Assembly (NCBI GenBank): GCA_963674785.1
Contig: OY771555.1
Location: 480,001 to 544,000 of the forward strand
Source: Caldisericia bacterium
GTDB taxonomy: Bacteria; Caldisericota; Caldisericia; JAAYUI01
Length of the DNA stretch: 64,000 bases
Direction of reading: 5' to 3'
This document shows positions 1 through 10,077 of this stretch, in pieces. The stretch's first letter is position 1; each line of letters starts with the position of its first letter. Under the pieces are notes generated by a model. That model ran no database searches. It was not told where the DNA came from and saw only the letters and a list, made by a program, of their open reading frames with translations. A program made the translations under genes and the position numbers.

Positions 1-2
1 GT

Positions 3-2486
3 GATGGATTCTATGAAGATAGTGGATATCCAGTTGAACGTGGTGAAGCTCTTTGTTATGAACTGGAGTGGAGCTTTGATAACCCAAATAATGACCCTCT
101 TGCAGCTGCTTATCTTTATGATGTAATCCCTGAAAACACAACATATCTTGCAGGAGCAATACCAGAATATAATCTTTCATACTCCGTAGATGGTGGGACA
201 ACCTGGCTTTCAGGCGAACCAACAGTTGGAACAGCCTCTGGAACAATCCTCAGATGGGGACCACTGCCAAGTGGATGGGTCGGTGCAGATGACTCACAGT
301 ATATTGGTTCAATGGTAAGTCAGCCAATGGATATTGATGTGAGTAGATCTCTTACCAACTCTTATACTGATGAGGACAGATTCCTTGCACTTGATTCAAA
401 CAACTACCCACACATTGCTTGGAGAGAGAGACTTCCAACAGACGAAGACATCTATTATGTAAGATGGGATGGCTCAAACTGGGTAACAGCAAACGGTAGT
501 GTTTATGACCCATTAACAGAAAATGCAAACATAAGCAGAACAACTGCAGAATCAAGAAGTCCATCATTTGCCCTCGATTCAAATGACCTCCCACATATTT
601 CGTGGAGAGAGCTTGACCCACAGGTAACCGGCGGCGGATACGACATTGTATACATCAAGTTTGATGGAACAAACTGGGTTTGTGCGGATGGAACTGTATA
701 TGACCCAACAACTACCAATTCAAATGTATCCGATAATGATGGATCATCACAGCACCCATCACTTGTACTTGATTCAAATGATAACCCATGTATCGCATGG
801 TATGATTGGGATCCACCAACCATAAATGGCAATGAATACGACATTTATTTTGTAAGACATGATGGAACAGACTGGGTTAATGCAGATGGTACAAACTACG
901 CTGCAAACCACGCCGGAGCAAATGTCAGTTATAACCCAGGAATCTCAGCAATGGTAAGACTTGCTGTTGATAATAATGATAATCCACATCTTGTGTGGCA
1001 CGATACAACAACCGCAATAACCGGTGGAGACTTCGATGTTCTCTATGTCAGATGGGATGTAAATCAGTGGGAATGTGCAAATGGAAGCCCATACACTGCC
1101 ACGGAATCAGATGCAAATGTCAGCAACAATAACGGAGGATCGAATAACCATCCAGCAATTGAGATTGACAGCAACAACCTTCCACATATCGCCTGGTTTG
1201 ATAATGAATCAACTGCAGTAAACGGTCTTGAAGATATATATTACGTACATTGGGCAGGAAATGCCTGGCTTGCAGCAGATGGGACTCCATACTCAACAGA
1301 CCACGCATCAGCAAACGTAAGCAGAAATGATGGTAGATCTTACAGACCTTCATTGGCACTCGACAGCAATGATATACCTCATCTTGCCTGGTATGACGAA
1401 ACTGCATCGATTATTTTTGGTACAGGATCAGATGTTTTATATGTAAGCTGGAATGGAACAAATTGGGTTTCAGCAAGTGGCGATAACTACAGCCCAGCAA
1501 ATTCAACCTCAAACGTCAGTGTTGATGACGGTGGCACACTGCTCACATGTCTTACACTCGACTCATACGATGAACCCCATCTTGTCTGGGAAGAGTTTTC
1601 AAATGGTTCTTATCAAGTTACATACGTTCACTGGGCACCAGTTGAAAGAACATTCAATTTCTGTGTTGAGGTTGCTGATTTTGATTGCTGGGATAATGAT
1701 GGTGAACCTATCATCCGTTCAATAACAAACAGAGCATACTTCACCCACGCATTTGGTACAGCTCCACAGTACACAAATTATGTGATAAACCCCGTAAAAT
1801 TCTGCCCAGTCCCCGACGAAGAAAAAGCAGAACTTGCAATCGAGAAAACAGCTCAGAAACTTCAATATAAACTCGGTGATGTAGCGGTATTTAATGTAAC
1901 CGTCTCAAACACTGGAAATATTGATGTTACCGATGTAGCACTTTCGGATGTCTTCCCAAGAGAACTTGTTTATCTCTCATCAAAACCTGAAGGCTCATCA
2001 AGCATAAACGGCTGGAAATACAACATCGGAACTCTAAGAGCCGGCGAAAGCAGACACTTCCAGTTCAGATTCAGAATTGACCCAGCAATCAAACTCGGTG
2101 AATCCCCACTCGTCATTGAAAACATCGCCACCGTCACTTGCAACGAGCTTGACGCATTGACAGATTCTGCAGTTATAACTGTTTACAAAAATATCGTAAC
2201 AGAGCAAATCAATCTTGTTGTTGTTTGGACTGGAATCGACATTGAGACCTCACAGGGTGAATCAGGTAGCGAGATCACACTCGACATGGTTGCATCAGGC
2301 GGATCATCACCATATGAAATCTATATCGATTGGGGCAACGAAGATGAAACCGTTATCTCAGAGGTTGTAAGAGAGGCCTCAACAACATACACATACAACT
2401 CATCTGGAGAATATAAAGTTGTTATCAAACTCGTGGATAGGTTTGGAAAAACCAAATATGTCGAAAGGGTTCTTTATATCGATTAA
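3..2486 (+). CDS. Large surface protein, 5'-truncated by the window: DUF11-like domain with an inserted 7-repeat beta-propeller, second DUF11-like domain, C-terminal PKD-like domain
   Basis: The frame is open from base 3 (DGFYEDSGYPVERGEALCYEL...) into ORF 312. Seven 'LDSNxxPHIxW...YVxWDGxNW' repeats; 'LAIEKTA...FNVTVSNTG...DVFPREL' DUF11-like; 'IDWG...YxxSGEYKVVIKLVD' PKD-like. Confidence 0.8.
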   Translation, partial: DGFYEDSGYPVERGEALCYELEWSFDNPNNDPLAAAYLYDVIPENTTYLAGAIPEYNLSYSVDGGTTWLSGEPTVGTASGTILRWGPLPSGWVGADDSQYIGSMVSQPMDIDVSRSLTNSYTDEDRFLALDSNNYPHIAWRERLPTDEDIYYVRWDGSNWVTANGSVYDPLTENANISRTTAESRSPSFALDSNDLPHISWRELDPQVTGGGYDIVYIKFDGTNWVCADGTVYDPTTTNSNVSDNDGSSQHPSLVLDSNDNPCIAWYDWDPPTINGNEYDIYFVRHDGTDWVNADGTNYAANHAGANVSYNPGISAMVRLAVDNNDNPHLVWHDTTTAITGGDFDVLYVRWDVNQWECANGSPYTATESDANVSNNNGGSNNHPAIEIDSNNLPHIAWFDNESTAVNGLEDIYYVHWAGNAWLAADGTPYSTDHASANVSRNDGRSYRPSLALDSNDIPHLAWYDETASIIFGTGSDVLYVSWNGTNWVSASGDNYSPANSTSNVSVDDGGTLLTCLTLDSYDEPHLVWEEFSNGSYQVTYVHWAPVERTFNFCVEVADFDCWDNDGEPIIRSITNRAYFTHAFGTAPQYTNYVINPVKFCPVPDEEKAELAIEKTAQKLQYKLGDVAVFNVTVSNTGNIDVTDVALSDVFPRELVYLSSKPEGSSSINGWKYNIGTLRAGESRHFQFRFRIDPAIKLGESPLVIENIATVTCNELDALTDSAVITVYKNIVTEQINLVVVWTGIDIETSQGESGSEITLDMVASGGSSPYEIYIDWGNEDETVISEVVREASTTYTYNSSGEYKVVIKLVDRFGKTKYVERVLYID

Positions 2487-2582
2487 TCAGATGATCCTCA
2501 ACATCGCTTAAATGCGTTTTTTACGCTTTTAGGAATAAAACACCCAGGGAATGCACACTCCCCTGGGTGTTTTTTATTGGTC
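2445..2582 (+). repeat. Direct repeat copy 1 (gene 3' end plus terminator), paired with 5238-5375
   Basis: Near-identical to 5238-5375 (offset 2793). Confidence 0.85.
2537..2575 (+). terminator. Intrinsic terminator
   Basis: AAAACACCCAGGG...CCCTGGGTGTTTTTT hairpin plus T-run after stop at 2486. Confidence 0.8.
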
Positions 2583-2690
2583 TTTAATTTTTTCTCGGCT
2601 CAATGAGCAATCAAAAATGATTAAGTTGAATGATAAACTAACAACAAATATAATTATTCCTGCTTTGAAAACTATGCCAGGAGAACTCAC

Positions 2691-5279
2691 ATGAAAAATC
2701 TCACAAGATTTATTTTGATTTCGGCACTTATAATATAAACCCTGTGGTTTGCACCAAGTGGTGCACCGGAAAGCGTTTCTGCGTATACCGGCTGGGTTGG
2801 TGCTGCCGGTTCTATCTATGATGGAAGCACGATAAATCAGCCTTTCGATATCAATGTTAGTAGTATTTATTCACAAGATTCATCAATGGTGCTTGATGGT
2901 AATGGATATCCACATATTACATGGGAGGTCGATACAATCGTCAACTCTGAAATCTACTATGTTCACTGGAATGGCACAAACTGGGAATGTGCAAATGGTG
3001 ATGATTACAGCACAAACCAAGCAAGTGCGAATGTGAGCAATAATGCTGGACCTTCATGGAGACCGTCCCTAGCACTCGATGATAATGGATATCCACATAT
3101 TGCATGGAATGATTATACACCCGGAAACGCTGAAGTTCTGTATGTTCATTGGAATGGAACAAACTGGCAGTGTGCAAATGGTGATGATTACAGTGTTAAT
3201 CCTGGAAGTGCGAATGTGAGCGGCGTCAATAGTGGTTCAGGCTATCTATCCCTTGCAGTTGACAGCAGTGGATATCCACATATTGCATGGCGTAGTAATG
3301 TTTCTGGAAGACTTGAGATCCTGTATGTTCACTGGAACGGAACAAACTGGCAGTGTGCAAATGGTGATGATTACAGTGTTAACCCCGCAAGTGCAAATGT
3401 GAGTAATAATATCGGGTATTCAGAACACCCGTCTATTATACTCGATGACAATGGATATCCGCATATTGCATGGATCCAAAACACCTCTGGAAATTACGAA
3501 ACCTACTATGTTCATTGGAATGGTTCAAACTGGGAGTGTGCAAATGGTAATAATTACAGTGTTAATCCAGCAAGTGCGAATGTGAGCGGCGTCAATAGTG
3601 GTTCAGGCTATCTATCCCTTGCAGTTGACAGCAGTGGATATCCACATATTGCATGGCGTAGTAATGTTTCTGGAAGACTTGAGATCCTGTATGTTCACTG
3701 GAACGGAACAAACTGGCAGTGTGCAAATGGTGATGATTACAGTGTTAATCCCGCAAGCGCAAATGTTAGCATCAATAGCGTGTATTCAGAAAATCCATCC
3801 CTGACACTCGATGATAATGGATATCCACATATTGTATGGGATGATACTTCACTCGGGAATTATGAAATCTTGTTTGTCCATTGGAATGGTGGGAGTTGGG
3901 AGTGCGGAAATGGTCATGATTACAGTGTTAATCCTGCAAGTGCAAATGTGAGTAATAGTAGTGGGAGCTCGTACAATCCATCTCTAGAACTTGATGGTAA
4001 TGGATATGCTCATATTGTATGGCGTGATTTCACACCAGGAAGCTCTGAAATCTATTACTTACATTGGAACAGCTTTGAGTCTACTTTTTCTCTTTTAAAA
4101 TCAGTTGATGTGAATAATGATGGGGTGTATTCTGATGACCACACAGTTATTCAGAATGGTGATGTGCTTACATATCAGATCAATCTTGATAAACAATCAG
4201 GTTTTGATCCAGTTTTTGATGGATATGTCTATGACATGATTCCATCTGGGACAGTGTATATTTCTGGTTCTGCGATGCCACTCTCACAGCTTTCCTATTC
4301 TGATGATTTTGGTACATCATGGACACCTGGAGAGCCACCAGGTACTGCCCCTGCCAGTACATTGCTCAGGTGGGATGTAATTGACATTCCTCCACTGACA
4401 AGCGGAAATCTTATAAACGCATTCTTTTCAGTAACTGTTGTGGATTCAACCATCATGGGCATCAACAATACTTCATATTTTAATCACAGAGATAGCGAAC
4501 TAACCGGATTCCTTGCATCAAACATCATTTCAAATACAACAGTGGAATGTTCTGGCTGTCCAGACTGTCCTGAATGCCCAGAGTGTCCCGATGACCCAGA
4601 CGACCCACCCACAAACTCAGCAAATCTTGAGGTAACCAAAACAGCAGGTTCAATGCACTACTACAAGAATGATCTGTTTACATTCAAAGCAAAGGTTGGA
4701 AATGTTGGTGACTTAGAGGCAACAAATGTGATGCTTACTGACAACTTCCCAAGAGAGATGGAGATTGTAGGAAGTAGACCAGAAGGTGTCATCTCAAATG
4801 GAAAATGGACATACAATGTCGGAAGACTAAACCCTGGTGAGGGCAGACTTTTTGACTTCATCTTCAGACTCAAAGGTGGTGTGAATCTTGGCAGTGAGCC
4901 ACTCTCACTTACAAATATCATCACAGCAACATCAGATGAAACCGATAAAGCAACTGACAACGCATCGATAGTCATCAGTAGTAAAACAGGAAGTAGTCCT
5001 CTTTCACTTGATGTCAAATGGGATGGAATTGATGTCAAAACCTCAACTGGAAAAGCTGGTGAACTCATAACCCTAGCACTTACCCCAGATGGTGGAAGTT
5101 CCCCGTATGAAATAGTTGTTGATTGGGGAGATGGGGAAAAGACATTTGCATCGGAAGTAACAAATTCAAAAGAAGTTTTCCACAAGTACACATCATCAGG
5201 CAAATACAAAGTCATCATCAAACTTACAGACAACTATGGAAAAACAAAGTATGTAGAGAGGGTTCTTTATATCGATTAA
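2691..5279 (+). CDS. Secreted 7-repeat beta-propeller + DUF11-like + PKD-like surface protein; in-frame TAA at 2736-2738 in the signal peptide (possible pseudogene; ORF track starts it at 2886)
   Basis: AGGAG RBS then ATG 2691 gives MKNLTRFILISALII*TLWFAPSGAPESVSA-YTGWVGAAG, in frame with ORF 2886. Seven 61-aa GYPHIxW repeats; CPDCPECPECP linker; same C-terminus KTKYVERVLYID as the upstream paralog. Confidence 0.8.
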
Positions 5280-5375
5280 TCAGATGAACCTCAATATCGC
5301 TTAAACGCGTTTTTTACGCTTTTAGGAATATAACACCCAGGGAATGCACACTCCCCTGGGTGTTTTTTATTGGTC
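5238..5375 (+). repeat. Direct repeat copy 2 (gene 3' end plus terminator)
   Basis: Near-identical to 2445-2582. Confidence 0.85.
5332..5368. terminator. Terminator between convergent genes
   Basis: AACACCCAGGG...CCCTGGGTGTTTTTT hairpin. Confidence 0.75.
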
Positions 5376-7214
5376 AATTTTTTTCAAAGCCTCAAGGGAA
5401 AAAGGAAGCTTAGCCCCACCAACCTCAAGAAAACCATCACCCACACAAACTCCAGGCATTTTCATCACATCAAAACTCAAGTTTGCTGGGGTATTTTCAG
5501 GATACCTGTCTTTTATGTTGTAGTTTATCTCAAGGCCATCAAACCGGCAGAAAAGATTTGATTCAGTTTTCTTGGTTTCAAATTCAATCCGTCCACTCCA
5601 ATTTGCAATATCAGATTTTTTATCAACACCAGAAAAGACCTCAAGAGCAAACCCACAAAAAACGTCATCAACCTTTATTTGACGTGGGTCAAAACTCATT
5701 AGTTCAAAGTCAATGATATTGCCCGGAAAAGGAAGGTTTTTCTCAATATGAATTTTTGGTACCATCTGGTCAGAAATAAAAAAAGGCTTCACAAAAACTG
5801 AGGTCTCCCCATCAGAAACCGAAAAAGAGTTTTCGTGTGTTTTTATCTCAAGGTGTTTGGGGATGATGAAAGTCTGGGCTATCCGGTTTACGTCTTTTGA
5901 GGTATCACCTGAAAAAAGAATATGAGAAAGCTGAATGAGTCTCTTCCCATCATGATTTGTGTAAACTGGAATCCTCAGATGATTGTGACCCGAACCACCA
6001 CCCAGACTTGGAAGAAGCCAAGGTTTTTTATTAACTGAAATCACAGGTACAAATTGAGAAGAATTAGCATCTTCAGAAGGAAAATCAATCACAACATTTC
6101 TATCCTGCGATCCATAACTTCTGCCTGATGTTCCAATCGAAAAATCTCCATCGAAAAAAGTCTGCCTGACCTGCCACGGATCAAATCCCCATCTTGATTC
6201 AAATAAAAACGATTCAGGAAGATTATCAACAAATTCTGAAAGCCAGGAAGGCAACTCATGGTCATAATAAAATGGGGTAATATCACCAACATCTGAAATC
6301 AAGTCTTTTGACATGTATCCATTTGTAAGCCTCACAAGTTCTTTAATTGTTCCACCAGAACCAGAGAAAACATTGTAGCTTCGGGAGTTAGCACCAGATA
6401 AGCTTTTAGTAGATGGATTATAATGGATCAACAAATCAAGAAGGATGAGGTCTACCCAATTTTTTGCGAGGGTTTTCATATCGGAGTCAGATGAATACTT
6501 CTCAATCAGATATAGAGCTTGAAGGTCAACTGCCTGATAGGTTGGTGAATTGAACTCATAAATCCCATTTGAAAGAGAATATTTGATGAAAACATCAAAA
6601 GCGACTTTTGCAAAAAACTGTCCAACAGGATTATTGGAAATCTCAGACGAAAGAAGAAGATCACACACAAAAAGTAGATGATAGTTAGTGTGAGTGAGTG
6701 TCGACTGGTAATCACTAAACCATGTCCTGATAAGTCCTTTTGAGCATGTTTGTAGAGACTCCAAAAGAAGCTCTTTTGTTTCAGGTTCAAGTCTACATGC
6801 AAGTTCAAAATATATCTGAAAAATTGTTATCGGCACAAACATATCCCACTCAAGCCCCGACATAGAATCCAGAAGCTCGGGATAATACCACGCCCCATAA
6901 TAAGGACTTTCAGGATCTTTGACCTGAGAACTTAGATATTTTCTAAGAATCATGTTTCCAAGTTCCTGATGACCTTTATTTTCTGATGAGAGAAGACAAA
7001 GAGAAAATCTGAATTCTGATCTGCAGGTTGGGATGTTGCCAACCGACTTGAATCTCAGTTCATCAAAATCATAGATGTCTTTTTCCTGTACAGCATCAAT
7101 GATGATTAGTGCAGCCTGCTCAACAGAAAGTTCTTCCGAACCAGCACCTGAAGTAATCACAGAGCAGAAAAAGACAAAAGCAAGAAGAATTGAAATGATT
7201 CTTTTTCTTATCAC
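5367..7214 (-). CDS. Secreted hypothetical protein (helical N-terminal part with NY-H and EFNSPTY motifs; possibly lyase/heparinase-like fold)
   Basis: 615-aa ORF with signal peptide and GTG start. The fold call is tentative. Confidence 0.65.
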   Translation of the reverse strand: MIRKRIISILLAFVFFCSVITSGAGSEELSVEQAALIIIDAVQEKDIYDFDELRFKSVGNIPTCRSEFRFSLCLLSSENKGHQELGNMILRKYLSSQVKDPESPYYGAWYYPELLDSMSGLEWDMFVPITIFQIYFELACRLEPETKELLLESLQTCSKGLIRTWFSDYQSTLTHTNYHLLFVCDLLLSSEISNNPVGQFFAKVAFDVFIKYSLSNGIYEFNSPTYQAVDLQALYLIEKYSSDSDMKTLAKNWVDLILLDLLIHYNPSTKSLSGANSRSYNVFSGSGGTIKELVRLTNGYMSKDLISDVGDITPFYYDHELPSWLSEFVDNLPESFLFESRWGFDPWQVRQTFFDGDFSIGTSGRSYGSQDRNVVIDFPSEDANSSQFVPVISVNKKPWLLPSLGGGSGHNHLRIPVYTNHDGKRLIQLSHILFSGDTSKDVNRIAQTFIIPKHLEIKTHENSFSVSDGETSVFVKPFFISDQMVPKIHIEKNLPFPGNIIDFELMSFDPRQIKVDDVFCGFALEVFSGVDKKSDIANWSGRIEFETKKTESNLFCRFDGLEINYNIKDRYPENTPANLSFDVMKMPGVCVGDGFLEVGGAKLPFSLEALKKIDQ

Positions 7215-7271
7215 ATTCTAAATTCTATCAATATCCATTTGAGAAATCCAGAGAATTAAACAACCCACCCC

Positions 7272-7299
7272 TTGACCTTAAGGAAATCTATCGCATAAT
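7272..7299 (+). promoter_or_regulatory. sigma70-type promoter of tRNA-Tyr
   Basis: TTGACC-16 nt-CATAAT just upstream of the tRNA. Confidence 0.6.
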
Positions 7300-7313
7300 A
7301 TCCGAACTGTCGT

Positions 7314-7399
7314 GGGTAGTTAGCGAAGTGGTCAAACGCGGCAGACTGTAAATCTGTTGACATAAGTCTTCGGAGGTTCGAATCCTTCACTGCCCACCA
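7314..7399 (+). tRNA. tRNA-Tyr(GTA)
   Basis: Acceptor stem GGGTAGT/ACTGCCC; anticodon arm GCAGA-CTGTAAA-TCTGT; long variable arm; GGTTCGAATCC; encoded CCA. Confidence 0.97.
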
Positions 7400-7898
7400 T
7401 TCCCATCCTAAAAATAGTCATTAACTCCTTATACCCAGGCATTTATCAAATTGGTGCAAACTCGACATCCTTTCAATCTGCCACCATAAGTCTTAAGGTT
7501 GGAAAGATATTCACTGCCCACCATCTCAAAACATCCCATCATTCTCGACGTATCTGTGTTTCCAGGTATTTATCGAGTAGCCAAAACTCGGCTGCCTGAA
7601 CATCTGCCACCATAAGTCTTGAAGCTAAGGACTTTTCACTGCCCACCATTCCCATCCTAAAAATAGTCATTAACTCCTTATACCCAGGCATTTATCAAAT
7701 TGCTACAAACTCGACATCCTTTCAATCTGCCACCATAAGTCTTAAGGTTGGAAAGATATTCACTGCCCACCATCTCAAAATATCCCATCATTCTTGACGT
7801 GTCTGTGTTTCCAGGTATTTATCGAGTAGTCAAAACTCAGCTGCCTGAACATCTGCCACCATAAGTCTTGAAGCTAAGGACTTTTCACTGCCCACCAT
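7400..7898 (+). repeat. Tandem array of four degenerate tRNA-Tyr copies (124/125-bp units, ABAB)
   Basis: TTCACTGCCCACCAT at 7386 (tRNA), 7510, 7635, 7759, 7884; ATCTGCCACCATAAGTCTT in every unit. Confidence 0.9.
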
Positions 7899-7956
7899 CT
7901 CAAAATTCCTTAGCCATTCATTCCAAATTCTTGTGCTGGGCATATCGTGATTGACC

Positions 7957-8330
7957 TTAACCCTCCCTGATGCCTACGGCATCTTCCCTCCCTGAAAGGG
8001 AGGGTTTTTAAAACTCGTCATTCTTGGCTACTCTCCCACCTCATGCCGTGCTTGACCGTGAATCTCACCACCCTTGTCATTCCGTGCTTGACACGGAATC
8101 CAGGGTTAGTTTTGAATCACAGATTATTTTGTGATGATTCTTGATGTCGGAAAAATCATTTCACCAGACAAAACAAATACGCTTTTTTATACCCTAGACC
8201 CCGGGTCTTCACCCAGGATGACGGAAAGAGGGTGCAGTGTGAAAGGAAAGTACATGGTTTACAGTATTATCAGTGAAAGGCTCAACCCATTCCTCCCTGG
8301 TGACTTCGTCACCGTCCTTCACTGATAGGA
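7957..8330. repeat. Composite REP cluster (two CCCTCCC double-hairpins around REP doublet 8076-8223)
   Basis: GTCATTCCGTGCTTGACACGGAATCCAG ... CTAGACCCCGGGTCTTCACCCAGGATGACG; homologous to clusters at 33015, 36945, 37106 and 52331. Confidence 0.85.
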
Positions 8331-8470
8331 AGGACATTTTAACCCTTCATTCCAAACTCTTGTATTGAGCACAAAAAAACTATTTATATGCAACAGAACT
8401 TTTGGAATTATATTCTCATATCCAATTTTGAGATGTTCGATCAAGCGATGGGCTATCTCAGTTTATTGCC

Positions 8471-8514
8471 AAAAAAATCCCGTACTCCAAAGCGTACGGG
8501 ACAGATTTTTTTTT
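8471..8514. terminator. Bidirectional intrinsic terminator
   Basis: A7-TCCCGTAC-loop-GTACGGGA...T-run. Confidence 0.7.
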
Positions 8515-8536
8515 ACCAATTCATGTTGAAAAGTTG

Positions 8537-9049
8537 TTAAGCTTTCCACTCGTATTCAAAAACAGTTCTGCCATGTATTGCCATATTTTCAACCAAGTCG
8601 GCTCTTGTTAGAAGTTTGTTATAGAATCTAATAAATCCTTCACCGACTCCTATATGAAAACCTTCATCAAGAGGACTTCTTGTTACTACTCTAATAAAAC
8701 CATTTTGAAGGGTTTCAATTTTATACTCATCAACATCAGCACCCTTATTATTTTCCTTGTACATCTCTGTGATGATTGTAAACGCCTTGACGACATATTC
8801 TGCTTTTGTAAGTGCTCCGGTCATCCCATCGAGCGTTTTTGCAATCTGTTTTCCAACCAGTCTCGGACCAATCTGCCCAACTTTTTGTCTTAATGCTGCC
8901 ATGTAATTGTTAAACTCTTTATGTGGTACCCAACTGTTTTCAAGCATTGTGAAATCGATACTAGCATTACTCCTACAAAAATCTCTATTTGTTGGTGCAA
9001 CAAGCGAATCCGCCATCATCAAAAGCTCACCCTTTATATATGCGTCCAT
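8537..9049 (-). CDS. V4R/H-NOX-like small domain protein, paralog 1
   Basis: AAGGAGG RBS before ATG 9049 (MDAYIKGE); clearly paralogous to 9354-9878 and 13962-14471. Confidence 0.7.
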   Translation of the reverse strand: MDAYIKGELLMMADSLVAPTNRDFCRSNASIDFTMLENSWVPHKEFNNYMAALRQKVGQIGPRLVGKQIAKTLDGMTGALTKAEYVVKAFTIITEMYKENNKGADVDEYKIETLQNGFIRVVTRSPLDEGFHIGVGEGFIRFYNKLLTRADLVENMAIHGRTVFEYEWKA

Positions 9050-9247
9050 TCTGACCTCCTTATACCTTAAATTTAACAAATAATTCATTTGAATGCAAAT
9101 CTGGATTCTGATTAAAACTAAATGTAAATTTTTATATAAAATTAGATTTCTTTCTCCAGTTTCAGATCATATTAAGAATACTTATTAAAAAATTATCTAA
9201 CACCGAATTGATTAATTATCTCTTTGATTGACTCTTTAATTATCTAT

Positions 9248-9275
9248 AAAAAAAGGGGTATCTCAAGGATACCCC
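9248..9275 (-). terminator. Intrinsic terminator
   Basis: GGGGTATC/GATACCCC hairpin with a T-run on the minus strand. Confidence 0.7.
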
Positions 9276-9353
9276 CAGAGCGTATGAACGAACAAAAAAA
9301 ACAAGCAACCGCAGTGTTTTCTAGTTAATGCTCAATTCTTTTTTGTGGTAAAA

Positions 9354-9878
9354 CTAGCTTGCTAGGCCATCTTTCCAGGAAACCTCAAAAACTGACTTTC
9401 CATCTTTTGCATATGTTTGGGTGATTTCAGCTTTTGTGATCACCTTCTTATAAAACCTAAGTAGACCCTCAAGAAGCCCAAGGTGAAATCTTTCATTTAT
9501 GTTGCCGGTAAAAGTGAGTTTCATGAATCCATCATTTAGTTCATCGATAATAAACTCACCGGAGTCATTCCCCTTGTTATTTTCTTTGTAAAACTGTGGG
9601 ATAGGCTTGAAGCCAACTTTTGGATCATTTGACTCAGCAAGCTCGGGCACATTTTGAGAAAGTGCAACACCTGCTTGTCTTCCGGCAATCTGTGGTCCGA
9701 TGTTCCCAGCTTTTTTAGTTAGTGCATCAAAATACTTATTGAATTCCTGATGGGATACCCATTTGCCAACGAGATCATTAAAATCAACATTTGTATTAGA
9801 CCTGCAAAATGACTTGTTCTGTGTGCCAACGACCGAATCAACCATCAAGAATATCTCGCCTCTTATGTATGCATCCAT
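9354..9878 (-). CDS. V4R/H-NOX-like small domain protein, paralog 2
   Basis: AAGGAGG RBS; MDAYIRGE...YKENNKG...FHLGLLEG. Confidence 0.7.
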   Translation of the reverse strand: MDAYIRGEIFLMVDSVVGTQNKSFCRSNTNVDFNDLVGKWVSHQEFNKYFDALTKKAGNIGPQIAGRQAGVALSQNVPELAESNDPKVGFKPIPQFYKENNKGNDSGEFIIDELNDGFMKLTFTGNINERFHLGLLEGLLRFYKKVITKAEITQTYAKDGKSVFEVSWKDGLAS

Positions 9879-10077
9879 ATCTCCTCCTTACATAAAAAAA
9901 TTTACCAACTGTTAACATTAAATACAAGTCAGTTTTGATGTAGATAAGGTTATCTCTTTGAGATGATACACATTTCTTTTATGAAAAAATAACATTTCAA
10001 AGGTATAATCTCAAAATTCTCAAAACTGTAAACAAATGGTATCTTTTTGAAGATATATCTAAATATGAAAAACCTAC

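Noticed and set aside
2886-4070. Diversity-generating retroelement template/variable repeats
   Set aside because: The repeats are in-frame protein blades, the differences are not adenine-specific, and no reverse transcriptase is in the window.
7386-7898. CRISPR array
   Set aside because: The period of ~125 bp is too long, the spacers are related to each other (ABAB) and to the tRNA, and no cas genes are present.
8131-8325. Small ORFs in repeat clusters (also 23427-23621, 34228-34599, 36882-37097)
   Set aside because: They lie largely in palindromic repeats and lack RBS or conserved frames between copies.
7400-8345. Prophage or integrative element at tRNA-Tyr or tRNA-Thr
   Set aside because: No integrase or phage genes, and the duplicated tRNA ends are only ~100-125 bp apart.
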